A DNA stretch of 64,000 nt from Kondoa subrosea (taxonomy: Eukaryota): positions 1,082,641 to 1,146,640 of the forward strand of contig BCIN01000005.1 in NCBI GenBank assembly GCA_039545335.1, given 5' to 3'. A program made the translations under genes and the position numbers. Below the pieces are notes generated by a model. It was given only the letters and a program-made list of their open reading frames with translations. It did not search any database and was not told the DNA's origin. Below are positions 1 to 12,540 of the stretch, one piece after another; positions within the stretch are counted from its first letter, which is position 1; each line of letters starts with the position of its first letter.

Positions 1-391
1 GTGCAAAAGCGTATAATTCCTTTGTAATTCAATAGGCAATTGATCCACAACTATCGCAGGATCATTACGACGCCCTTCACGCACGAGACAAGAACTCACT
101 ATCAAAGTAATCTTCCGCAAACAAGCGAAAGTGTTTCTCTTCTTCTTCTAAAGCAGCAGCTCGTGCTTCCATATCAACCTCACCAGGAGCATCTTCATCT
201 TCATCTACCACTGCTGAGGGCTCTGCAGGTCCATTTTCTAACTCTTGCAATTCATTGTTATCTTTCTCTACTTCTTGTCCTGGCTCTGGCTGTTCCTCTT
301 CTTGCTCCCCTATCTCTGAAAGCTCCTCAACCTCCTCAATCTCTTCTACTTCAGCTTCAGGTGTCACTTTCCTACGTTTCCGAGGCGGCAT
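1..391 (-). CDS. ING-family (inhibitor of growth, Yng/Pho23-like) chromatin protein, 5' part; runs off window start
   Basis: MPPRKRRK NLS-like start and acidic tract. Splicing GT-AG intron 99..51 gives DYFD-IVDQLPIELQRNYTLLH, the ING N-terminal helix motif. PHD finger not in window. Confidence 0.8.
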
Positions 392-438
392 CGCTGTTCC
401 AGGAAAACAAAATAACGCTTGATCTCGCTCGAGCAAGA

Positions 439-1123
439 ATGCAGGTCACGAGAATTCTAAGTCAAGTTATCAGGTCTTCTTCTGCACCAGTCTCGAGGGT
501 TGTAACAACAGCAAGAAGGTGTCCGCCCAGGCTTACACCGCTGTTATCGAGGGAATTGCACCATTCGTTTGTTCGATGGCAGCAGCATACAATCAGGTTA
601 GCTCGCCCCCTTTGCGTACAGGCAGATCAAACTGACAGATTTGTTACACAGTGATCTCGAGATCAGCCAATATCATCTCGTTGCGGACAACACGATGGAA
701 AGCATGACTGAATATTTCGAAGAATTGATAGAAGATATAGGTGACGATGTTAGAGGATCAGATGTAGAATACTCTGTGCGTCTATTCTTCAATTTAAAAA
801 AAGGTAGCTCACTCAACTGATGATGCTTGAGCTTTGCAAGTCTGGAGTACTTACACTTCGGATTGGAGATGATACTTATGTCGTCAACAAACAACCTCCG
901 AATAAGCAAATCTGGTTATCTTCTCCTAAATCGTGAGTGAGCTTCGTTTCAGATCTGGTCATAGGCTAAAACTGTCGGAAGGGGACCAAAACGATATGAC
1001 TATGATGAATCTACAAAGCAATGGTTTTATGCTAGAGACAACAGCACACTCAAGCAGCTATTGGATACAGAGTTGAAGGAGCTGATACATAGGGAGATTG
1101 ATGTCGATGTGGGAAATGCTTGA
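439..1123 (+). CDS. YFH1: Frataxin homolog, mitochondrial (4 exons)
   Basis: Arg/Ser-rich presequence. Spliced product contains [48 protein letters not shown], the frataxin signature. Confidence 0.95.
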
Positions 1124-1139
1124 GCTTGAAGTGAATGGA

Positions 1140-1337
1140 TCAAACTACACTTGGGCCATTTGCGCATCGGCCTTTGCCAAGTCTCAAGTATAGCAAAGGA
1201 ATGCAAAGAAAGCAGAAAGGTCTCAAAAGTTGACTGGAACAAAGTGAAAACACGGCAAAATCCGACGAGCATACACCTTCTATCCTTTCACGAAGACCAA
1301 AGATCTCATCCAGCAAGTCATAAGGCAGGCTTAACAT
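1140..1337 (-). pseudogene. Truncated inverted paralog of the adjacent F-box-like gene (N-terminus only)
   Basis: MLSLPYDLLDEIFGLRERIEGVCSSDFAVFSLCS...FCFLCIPLLY aligns by eye with MVSLPVDLLVEVFDLYSSVEGVNAKDWSVLSLCSKSFHSLVLPRLY (1676+). It stops after 65 codons. Confidence 0.65.
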
Positions 1338-1675
1338 TGTACTATAAGCCAGAAACAGCTTCAGAGACCCCAAAATTTCAGGCAGATTGAGAGCTTCTGG
1401 GGCGCTGTATGCTGAGCTGCCGCATACCCTCCTCCTGTAAGGTCTAGCGTATCCTGGTGTTAATCTAAAGCGCGAGCTCGACGTCTCGAATCAAGGATTG
1501 TATTTTGCTTCTTGGTCCCAGACGAGCTCTTCAGCTACTTTGGAAGCCGTCATATAGCTGCTCTCCAAAGTATACACGAGTATACGCAAGTACTTGCTGG
1601 TGATCTGGTCTCCTTCAGCAGCAGCCGAGCTCGGACTGGCTTGCGTCGACTTTTGAGCTTGGATTCGGCGGAACA

Positions 1676-3294
1676 ATGGTTTCACTGCCCGTCGACCTTC
1701 TGGTGGAGGTGTTTGATCTGTATTCAAGTGTCGAAGGCGTGAATGCAAAGGATTGGAGCGTTCTGTCGCTTTGCTCAAGTTTGTGTTTTCCCCATGTTAC
1801 ATTTGGGCGAGCTTGGCCTTATAGTGCGAGTCTAGAGTCCTTTCACTCTCTTGTTCTTCCAAGACTCTATCGCAAGATCTTACCAACCCAGCTGTTGCAT
1901 CCTCAATTGGCAAAGACTCTCGAAAAGCACTCTGATTACGGGACTATGGTAAAAGAAATCAACTGGACAATTTCGTTGAAGTGGTCGGCGAACCCTTATG
2001 ATGAATGCCATTTACACCAGGCTTATCCTGGTGAATATCTCGACCCGCCTCGGTATTCCGAGAGAAGTTTGCTGGCAAATCTCGAATCGGCTGCGGCAGC
2101 GCTCTCGCATTGCACAAGCCTCACCAAATTGTACCTCGAGATGACATTGGCTGGTGAGTCCGTTGAATGGCAAGACCAATGGCAAGACCGTTTCCGTGAG
2201 GCTTTCATTCCTTGGGACCGCTTGGATATTGAGCTCGGCGGAATGCTCCATCTGGACAATCTGACCGACTTCTCGTTTCAGCCCTTCGATCAAGATCCCA
2301 CAGGTATAACATTATGCTATATTCGCTTGGCTTGGCTTAAACCAATACTTAAAAGCCCACACTTGCGAAATCTTTGTCTTCCAAATTTCCTAGACTTCCG
2401 TGGGTTCTATGAAATAAAATGCGTTTCCCCTGCTCTACGTCGACTTAAGATCTCTAATCCTCGAGGTTTATATGGGAGCGATTCCGCTATGCGAACATTG
2501 CTCCGTTTATGCCCGAATATAGAAGCGTTCAATTTTGACTATGGTCGAAAAAATCCGCATACAATGGGAGATCTCATAAAAAGAATGATTCCACGAATTG
2601 ACTTCGCTTCCGTTATTGAAGTCAGTCTTGGCAGCATGAATCTGGCCGCATCAAATGCAGCGTTCAATATTTCAAGCCCTTTTCCGGCTTTGCGCGACCT
2701 TACAATTGGAATAGAAAGGCTCGACCCCGAAAATCAGTCGGAAACTGGATTAGGGCTTCTGGCAGAATTCGTCGAAGACCTCTTCCCTCTTAAATATCCA
2801 GCTTTCAATCTGGTCAAATTCCGTCTGATGGTCCATCTGCCGTACAAAGTACTCTTCGACGCAAAGTCATCTGGTCTTGCGGCTTCTTTCAAAACTTTGT
2901 TTTCTCGACAAACTTTACCAAACCTCGCCTACTTTGAATTCCAATGTTAACTCAGAAGATCGGATTGTGCAAGTCTAGGGACCATGGAGGATGGGCTTGA
3001 TGCAAGCTGCGAGAGAGTTCCGGAATTGGTGTGTCTCGGTGTTCGGCGCGAATTCTACAAGCTGGCAAGAAGGGTTCCTACTGGATTGAAAGTGAAATGG
3101 ATTCTCGCGTACAATCGGCGCACGAGGATGGAGGATATCAAGAGTTTAGAAGTGCTTGATGGCCAAGTGATTGAGCGAACATGGTCAGAAGAACTGATTT
3201 CGCGATCGTTGGAATCCTGGTTCGCAAACCTGTAAGTCTTCTTTAGCTCATCTACATATAAAGTGGGGTTCATTCTTGTTGCAGAACTCTCTGA
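1676..3294 (+). CDS. F-box-like / LRR-like protein with an in-frame TAA at 2948-2950 (possible pseudogene)
   Basis: F-box-like LPxDLL..LSLCS..LY N-terminus, in-frame intron 1779-1835, LxxLxL repeats (LTKLYL, LRNLCL, LRRLKI, LRDLTI). ORF 2984-3235 continues in the same frame after the TAA. Confidence 0.7.
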
Positions 3295-3558
3295 CGACTC
3301 AACTAAGCAGGACCTGATATCCGAAGCTGTGTGTGCATCACCCTGAGATAGAGATGTGATCTTCGTTTGTGCCCTAAAGGGTTTTCCATGACATGATGAT
3401 CAGGGGAAGAGGAATGTGACAGATAGCATTGCATCGTCTCGAAGTGCCGCAGTCATGCGAAACAATGACTATGCATCTATACTCAAGCTTAGACATATTT
3501 TTGTAACCTGTAGCGACGAGTCTGAGGATACTTCACAGCTGAACAGCTAGCCTATATC

Positions 3559-4472
3559 ATGCAATCCAGGATACTCAAAGCTTCGCTTAAACCGCCGATC
3601 ACTTCGACATCAACTCGCATGTCATGTCGTTTTCTATCTTCCAGTTCCTGCTGTCTAGCATCTCATTATCAAACATTACAAATCCCTCCATCTTCCTCTA
3701 AAGCAGAGATCAAGTCTGCCTTCCACAAGGTTGGTCAGAAATCTGCTGCTTCTAATGACATGTAGTAAATGACATTTATCCTGGTTCTGCAGCTTTCGAA
3801 ACGCTATCACCCAGATTCCTCCTCTCCTTTCAAATCAGAGACCAAATTCGCCAGTATCTCCAACGCTTACAATGTCTTAGCAGACGATCAATCTCGACAA
3901 CAATACGATCGTTCTCTCTCTTCCCCTTCTTATACACAACAACAAGGTCCATACTATCGTGGAGATCCTTATGGCTTTGGAGGATCATATAATGAAGAAA
4001 GGAGACAGAAAGCTACTTATGCTTGGAGTTATCAGCAAAAAGCGAATGAGAGAATGAGGCAGCAACAGTATGGTCAACGAACGAGTTCCTATTCTTCTTC
4101 CGATTATACATCAAGCAGTACAGGTAGTAGTAGTAATTTCAATGAGACGGCCGAACAATATGCGAGAAGACATGCGCAACAGCAAGCGAGAGCCGGACCG
4201 AGTTGGGGAACAGCTTCGAATAGTGCGAGAATGAGAAGTGAGGATGCAGCGAGAGCGGCTTCAGCAGCAGGAGCAGAGGCTGTCAGTTTAGGCAGAAAAA
4301 TAGGGCAAATCACTAGCGTTTGTTTCATGTAAGTCTAGTTATACATTCAGTCCGTGTGCTAGAGCTCACCATTGCTTGCAGAATATATTTACTAGCTGTT
4401 GGCACACACGTCAGTGCAGAAGAGATCGATGATGGGATAGAGATAGCGATAGAAGAAGAAGAAGAGCCATAG
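3559..4472 (+). CDS. DnaJ (J-domain) protein, probably mitochondrial
   Basis: SHYQTLQI...EIKSAFHK-LSKRYHPD...FASISNAYNVLADDQSRQQYD J-domain with HPD motif. Presequence-like N-terminus; C-terminal hydrophobic segment. Confidence 0.9.
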
Positions 4473-4664
4473 GTATTCGCACATAGTCTAGAATATAGAT
4501 TGTAATCAATGTAGATATTTTGCATGCACCGAATATACTTGGAAGAGCTACTACAAGTTCTCTTGCCCAAAAGTTCACAAATTAATAAGGTATTGACTAC
4601 TACGAAAAGGCCCCGAAATGAACATGCTAAAATATTTACAGAAAGTCGTCCAGTGAATTTGCGT

Positions 4665-7600
4665 TCACACTGCGACCGAGTCGAAGAAACGCCGAATTTT
4701 GGCTTGAGCTCTGGCTTGCGTAGATCTCTTGTTGCGAGGTTTGTAGCCATATGATAAGTTGTAAAGCGTATCTGAAACAGGCATGAGAAGGCAAACGAAT
4801 CATCACAGGAACATGCCTACCGTCTTCTAAGCGTAAGACGGGCACATCGATGATTCTGAAACGTCTAGATTAGCCCTCGAAACGAAAAAAGATAGACTAC
4901 CTTACAATGCTTCGACATGCTGATGAACAGGTAGATTCGGCGCAACATCTGGGCAATCTAACACCACAGCAGCTGTATTTGCTAATTGCTGAAATTTGGT
5001 CCAGTTGACAAGACCGTTGCGCATGTCTGATTTGCCCTCGCTAAATCGAGTGAGATCTTGCAAATGGCAACCGCTATCATGACGATATTAGCATAATGTG
5101 ACCTTTTCAGACGCAATCGGAAACATACAGATATGGTAGACGCTGAGTGCCGCTGTTCGCAAGAGCTAGACGATAAGCCGCAAATCCCTTGCCGGTTGAC
5201 ATCAATCGATTCAAACTTCTAAACTTCTTATAGATCGGTTTAACTTTGAGCAGTTCCAATTCCTCGTCCAGCCGATACACAGGTTGCGAGTTTAAACCAG
5301 CTAGAATACCCATCAGACTATCAAAATTCTCCAAGTCTCGAAGATGTATAGCGATTTCGATAAACTTCTCAAACAGTCTTGTCCGATTCCTGCCTTTATT
5401 CTGGACAAGTATCAGAGTTGCTACCCAATCTGAAAGGAAATTGACAAAAGTGATGGATCTAGATGTCGGGTTTCGCAGATCGCGATGTGAGGCTTCACCT
5501 AAGGAATTGACAGGATCCCTTGGTGCAAAGACATAGCGGATAAGATCACGAGGTGAAATGACGGAGAAAATTTCCCATGCGATTCGAGTGATTTCCAGAG
5601 CAATAATATGGCTATCGATATCACAGATTGCTTGTGACATATCCACTAGGCTTGCGTGAGGTTGTGAGCTACCGGGTTTGCGCGTGCGAGAAGAGCTTGA
5701 AAGATGGTGTGACTGGGATTCGGCCGAAGTGTGAGTTCCAGCATCTGACATGTTTCGTGGGCGATTGTTTGACGGAACATAAGATTGGTCGTGATTGGAG
5801 GACGAGTCGCGATTTGCGTCTTCGAAGCTATCGGTTGCCGAGAAGAGACTCTTCTTGCTGCCAGACTTGGTCATCTTGGCACTGTTAATGGAGGGAACGG
5901 GTTCTGTTTCTGTGGCTTCATTTGATTGAGGGTAGGTCGTGAGCTCCTCAAACACAACGTCCGCGAGAGCCCATCCAGTTTCAGGGTCCAATTCTCGCGC
6001 GATCGGTTTCAGAAGTGGTAAGAGCTCGACCGCGTAGTGCGAGACCCAAGGTTGAAGAAGCATGCGTTCTAGGAAGGGTTGAACTGTTTGATAGGTACCT
6101 GGAGCTACGAAATCGCCTGGATAAGCTTCCATCCATATTGCTAACACATTTGCCAGCCTGCAAGCAGATTAAGCTCAGATCCAACTTTAAACCATCAAGC
6201 TTACTTTGTCTGAGCGTATCGGGCCAAGACTGGGTCACTATCCAATCTTGACTGTACAAAACCCCATCTTTCCATAAGCTTTTCCAAAACATCATACGGT
6301 CGAGCGAATCTTCGGAATACGATTATGAAAAAGATGACAAATTGCTCGTCTGTGGGTCCGTCAGCTGGTGTATAAGGATGTTATTGTGGATGCATACCGT
6401 TATCTGTGACAGCTGCGAAGAGGAACTTCTCGACGATTTCGTCGCGGCTGTAATATAGATCGAGCTCGCAAAGATTGGGGGCGGAACTAAAGCACCAATG
6501 AGCAGCGCATATAGATCCGTTCAGAGATACGCACCTTGGCTGAGGGTGAACGGCTAGGAAAGAAGCTGCATCCGATGGTGTTGTCGGCGCGTCCTGAGAA
6601 TCAAAGGTAGCACCGGATGCCTTTCTCCGAATCTCTGCTGGAGCACTGGGATCTTCTGCCTCAAAAGGCGAGCTGAAGACGGTCGGTAGACCTGAGGATT
6701 GTCGTTTAGGTGATTTGACAGTACCAACTTGATGCGAGTCGAGCTCAGCAGCAAAGCGCACGAAAGATTCCCCTTCATTCGCAGAACTTGTAGTTGAGTC
6801 TACTGGAGATACAGGCCGCGAGGTTACTCGACTATCAGAGTCTTCTGTCAATCTCCTAGCAGAGTTCTTGCGCGAGATTCGTTGACGAGATCGTCTTTGT
6901 TTCGGGGAAGGGGGTTGTTCACCTAAGGTGATAGTTAGCGGATGGAGCAAAGACAATTGGTACTCGCTCACCTCTAGCCTTAACTATTGAATGTATTAAC
7001 CACCTGAACGAGTTCTTCATCTTCTTTGCGGGATCTTCAGAACCTCCATCTAGCTGAACAAGACCCGCTCTAAAAGGATTGCACAGTTCTGAAACTTTTA
7101 CTGGATCGAGAGCATTCTGGCTGGCATCTCTTGCAGACTTGCACCCAAGTACTATCAGACTGACATCGCCTTTGGTCCAGAACCCGGATAGCATCTTCTT
7201 CAGATATAGTCCGGCATCTCGATCATTTGCGTCATAGCTGTTCAATCTGTAAGCTGATATATCAAATCTCGCAACAGCACTCACCATAGCATAGCTCCAT
7301 CGATCGGCGGCAAGAACTTTGGCCAGACCAAGCCTTCTGCACTATATCGCAGGATGGCCATATCGACTTCTACGATTCCAACAGAGCGATTGACTCCAGC
7401 TAGTAGAATGCAACTTTCGTAAGAAGAAACCGTATTCTCACCATCCTCGTTAAGTAATATCTCTGGCACAGCGGTCCTAGGGACGACTTTGCTGATTATT
7501 GTTGATTTACCAACGCCTCGTGGACCAATAACGCCGATGACAAAGTCTGCTTTGGATTTCCTTTGCTGTTGCGCGACCTGTTCGAGCATCTCAAAGCATT

Positions 7601-9208
7601 AGTGAAAATTTGGTAGCAATAGAAGCAACTCACAACAACCGTCTTGATCAAGCTACTACTTCTCCCTCGTATCACCGGCGGTCGCGTAGCATTAGGAGCT
7701 TTCAATCTACTCGGTTCATTGTTTGCTACAGCAGAATCGCTCTGACTTCTATTCCGAGCTGGATCGAGAGCAGTCTGAACGCTATTCTGAGCAGCAGCGA
7801 AAGAAGATGCAAACGAATTTGGGGGTAGAGGTGCTGTTTGGACACTAGGAGATATTGCCATGCCTTGTTCGACCCGTACTTGATTCGGTCGATCGACTGA
7901 TTTGATCTTCGAACTCGTTGTAGGTAAATCAGCCATGATAGAAGGTTGTAAAGTCCCTGTGGCAGTCTCATGCCAATGTTCATTTACTGCATCCCTCTCT
8001 TCATCAGCTGCACTTCCAGCATCAGTCTCCAAGTCTGATTCTTCCTCGCCGTCCTCTTCTTCAGCAACCATAATATTTCGACTTATAGGTCTAGCTAGTT
8101 CTCTTCTTCGATTCCGATCCGCCAAATCAACACCAAATGATTCTTCTCTCGGAACCCAAGTCTCTTCATCTTCTTCACCATCAAAAACAAAATCAGGATG
8201 TTGAACTGAAGTAGGTTTAGCTTTTTTAAGGGCATCTTTCATTTCCAGACTGGACAATTCTTCGTCCAAACCTAAAGCTCTGCTTGGACTGTTTACGCGT
8301 TTGTTGGATTCTTCAGACCAAGCTGGATGATCGTAAGCTATTGATCTGCGCCTTGGAGTTGCAGGAAGAGGTATTGCAGCAGGAGCTTGATTGTGATATA
8401 AGGCGGAAGAAGTGGGAGGTATTGGGTTATGCAGGGGTTGATTCCGAGGTTGAAAACCAAACTGTTTCCAGAACCGAGCTGTACCAGAAGTATTGTTTCC
8501 TTTGCTTAGATTTCGTGAAGGTGGTCTACCGGCAAAAGAGGAAGAGCCGTCGACTGAGAAACCTAATCCGACAGGTGCATGTCGATCTTCTTCCGTGTTG
8601 GTCGCTTGCTGCAAGTTCTTGTGGGACTGGAAAGCTTGAGTTTGACTTTGAACTTCTCTTTCAAGGGAATCTTGAGATGAAGTCGAATGCTTGCCAATTT
8701 CCGCTCTCAAGGAAGAATGACTCTTCTTTTGGCCTAGTGCAGGTGTAAGAGATGGACTACCTGATTTCCATGCGCTTGTATCAACTGTAAAAGGACTGTT
8801 TGGTATAGTAGGCAGATTTGGTCCGGCTTGGACATTCGAAGGACTCGTCAGTGGAGAAACAAGTTTGTTTGCAGCTGATCTGGATGCAACAGGTGACGTA
8901 GTAGGCGTGTTGAAGAACCGTCTGCGAGAACTTTCCGGTGATGCACTTGCACCTCGAACTACGCTTGGTCTGGGCGAAGAGAAAGATTGCCTTGAATCTG
9001 GCTCATCTGGTTGCCTGTTGAGTGCTTCCAGAAGCTCATCAGGTAAAGCACTGAGTGTCGTGGAGCCGCTCGGTGCATCATCTGGAATATGGATTTCTCG
9101 AGTTACAAAGGTGCTGCCAGATGTTGAAGCAGGTGGATGAGCCATATTGAGGCTACCTCTAGCTTTTGTAGAATCGCTTGAGGTAGTTCGCTGTCTCGCA
9201 TTGTACAT
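4665..9208 (-). CDS. RasGEF (REM + CDC25 domain) with upstream Ras-like GTPase-fold domain and long disordered N-terminus
   Basis: P-loop GPRGVGKST, MLCYD, IVLGCKS; REM-like IWMEAYPGDF; CDC25 motifs NFDSLMGILAGL, RLPYLGCHLQDL, VNWTKF, LYNLSYGYKPR after splicing. Confidence 0.88.
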
Positions 9209-9992
9209 ATCGTTGCGATTATTCTTGTCGCAATTGAGTCCAAGCGTTTGAGGTGATTAGACAATGATGGGTATCAGCTGCTTCGTGGTATTCTGCGCGT
9301 CTCGCAAGACAGGTATAGGCATGACTGTGGCCGTATCCAAAGAATTCGCGTTGAACAGTTCGAAGCTTGTCGAACAACAAACTCAGCTAGTGTACAGCTT
9401 CTCGTATCGGCCTCTCATTTGAGCAGCCAAGCTGTGTCAGTCTGTCGTCGCGCTTCGCTTGACGCCGCTGCTTGTCCTGGAGAACGACAAAAAACCATCT
9501 CAAAGCAAGGCATACCGAAATGAGACACATGAAGCTATCCATAGAGCGCGATCACCAAATTCTCGTCATACAATCAAGTCTTGCTTCACCGTTCGCTTTT
9601 CAATTTATGCTTGAAGTTCGAATGTCGCTTCAATGAAGTTCGCGCAAACCTACCTTTCCCGCTCTTCTGCTCATCTGGAATCGAGGGCGATATGCGGACC
9701 CCTCGGTCTCCAAATTCAAGCCCTCATACATTGTCTGTAACGCTGTTCTTCATGTATCTTGCCGCTGCCTTCCCTGACTTCGTCTTTCGACTGTGTGCAA
9801 CCATCTATTCTTGCCCAATCCTATTACCGGCTACTGGTTGCTAGTGATGCCCACTGCGCGTAATGTATCTTGAGCGGGTCGGACCTGTTGATGTATTCAA
9901 GCGAAATCATGCTAGTAATCTGATGACGGCCCCGCTCTTTTCGTCGTCTTCTTCTTCATCCTGCTTTGCTTCACTGCATTGAAACATACAAC

Positions 9993-12221
9993 ATGAAGTC
10001 TGTCTTTTTGGCTTTAGCACTATCATTAGCACCTGTCTTAGCATGGCAAGAAGCTTGCGCAGCACTGAAGTTCAAGACCGACTTGGCCGAACTGGTTGAT
10101 ACTAGCTATTACCCATCTGGAGCTTTGGTCAATATCACTAATCTTGCTTCTACCATCACTACGACGGAATTGCCTGGATTCTGCAGAGCTCAAATTCGGG
10201 TTCACACAAATAGAACCTCCGGCAATTACGCGAGTACTGAAGTTTGGCTACCTGATGAATGGAATGAACGCTATATGGGAATTGGTATGTATCTCCTAAC
10301 AGTTATTCAGAACTGTGTTGATAGTATCTGAATTTTTCAGGCAACGGCGGATTCAATGTAAGCTGAACCTCACAGCTGAGCAGTTGGCAAAATCCTCAGA
10401 CACTATCACAGGGCGGGGTGATCTACTCTGACTTGGGCTTCGTTGCGATCAAAAGAGGTTTCGCCGGTATGTCAACGAATGCAGGACACAACTCTACAGC
10501 GTTCGAGTAAGTCACGCTTTTCGCCGCCAAATGATATCTAATTGGTCGTCGCCAGCGTCTCCTGGGCATACAATGATACGCAAGCAGTGATCGATAATGG
10601 TTACAGAGCAATTCAGCTATCAACTATTGCTGGTAAAGGTCAGTGTCTATTTCTGTAGTCAAACTATACATTGACCCGTAATACAGATGTCGTTGAAGCC
10701 TATTACGGTAAAAGAGCGAAGACGAACATCTGGGCTAGTTGCTCGACCGGAGGAAGACAAGGATTACGTAAGTACGTGTTTCCTGCCGAGGATGTGTCTG
10801 ATCCTTTTATCGCAGTCTTCGCGCAGAGATATGCTGACTATTATGATGGCATCGTCGTTGGTCAGTTCTTGGTGAAAGCAACGATGTCTGGTGTTCATTG
10901 ATGACATGCAACAGGATCTCCCGCTGCACCTGTTAGCAGATTAGACGGAAGAAATATCCACTTGGTTTTGAAGAACGGAACAGCAGAATATGTCAATCCA
11001 GCAGACTGGGCGATCTTGCAAGAAGCTGTCTTAGCCAAATGCGATACCCTTGACGGTGTTGCGGACGGCGTGATCATGGACCCAAGCAAGTGCAGCAAAG
11101 TGTGAGCTAAGATATCCTCCTCCTCCTGCCTCTGTTCATCTGACCCAATTGGCAATGCTAGCTTCGACCTAAATTCCGTTGCTTGCGGGGCCAAACAAAC
11201 CGCTGGATGCTATACATCGGCTCAAATTGAAGCTATCCGTAACAAACTGTATGCTGATTACTACGAAGATGGGTTCTTTGTGGTCAAAGGCTTCAACTTG
11301 GGGAGTGAAGGGGAATGGAGCTTGTCAGACATATCGTCCCCTCCTCACTGCAATGATGCTAACGTTCTTTTCTGCAGCACTGTTTCTTCTACATACGAGA
11401 CTGGATTAGGTGCTGGTCTAGGATTCAAGGCATTCTTATACGAGTGAGTCCGATCATGAGCATGAGCAAAAGCCTCGGTTCTCACACTCAAGTCAGCAAC
11501 CCGAACTGGGATTCAGAAACACAATACAACAAGGCAGCTCTCATTGACTTCATCGATACCAATCCAGGCCAAACAGATGCCTTTAGCCCTGATCTGAGCA
11601 ATTTCAAAAAAGCTGGAGGCAAGCTGATGCATTAGTGAGCCGCAAGACTTGTTTTTCTCGAAGTTCTTACTCATCTCTGGACGGCAGCGTCGGTCTATCG
11701 GATGCTTTCGTGACAGCTGGGATCAGCGAAACATACCATGACAGCGTTCAAGCTTTCTTCAAGCAGAAAGAAGGTTCAGAGGATATATCAGACTTCTACA
11801 AGTTCTTCCATGTACCTGGGATGGTATGTTCACGAACCATCTGTTTATGCTCTCCATCTGATGCCTCTTCCTGCTTCAGGGTCATTGCGGAGGTTAGGCA
11901 ACTCTCTCGGTATGGTTGTCACTGAATACTGACTTTCTGCACTCAGGTGGTAACGGCGCAAACGCTTTTGGCAATTCTGGTCAGGACGCTGAAGGTCTCG
12001 TTCCGGTCAAGTCAGATGCGGAACACGATATCATTCTCGCCATGACCCAATGGGTTGAAAATGGTCGAGAACCAACACAACTTATTGCCGCTCACTACAC
12101 GAACAACAATGCTACGCTCGGAGTGAACTTCACTCGCCCGATTTGTGCTTATCCGCAGCAAGCTGTGTATTTGGGTGAAGGGAAAGATACAAGCTCAGCT
12201 GATTCCTTCGAATGCCAGTGA
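9993..12221 (+). CDS. Secreted tannase / feruloyl esterase family protein (many introns)
   Basis: Signal peptide MKSVFLALALSLAPVLA; EVWLPDEWNERYMGIGNGGF, CSTGGRQG nucleophile, HYVGLSD, PGMGHCGGG, TRPICAYP. Confidence 0.93.
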
Positions 12222-12540
12222 ATCAAATAGTCGCGAGCTCTGTACTATAGCATGATGAAAAGCGAGCAGACATCATTCTTCGCATTACTTTTGACACAAA
12301 CAAACAAAACGCGTAAAATCTCACGCGACTTTTCTCGAGTTCTGACCTTCTTTCTTTCCTCTTTCCTCTTTCCTCTTCTTCTCCTCCGACAGCGACTCCA
12401 GTGAACCTGAAGTCAGCAAGACTGGCACATTTAAGAGCACCTGAGAGCACTTGTAAGGGATCCTTTATTCCGTGGAACGGACTGACGCATTTCCAGTTAT
12501 CTTGTAGCAGCTGCGGTGACACGATTGGGCCTCAGCGATC

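Noticed and set aside
40..654. 204-aa plus-strand ORF and the many other antisense or overlapping ORFs in the track
   Set aside because: These are shadows of real genes; only 439 onward is frataxin exon 1.
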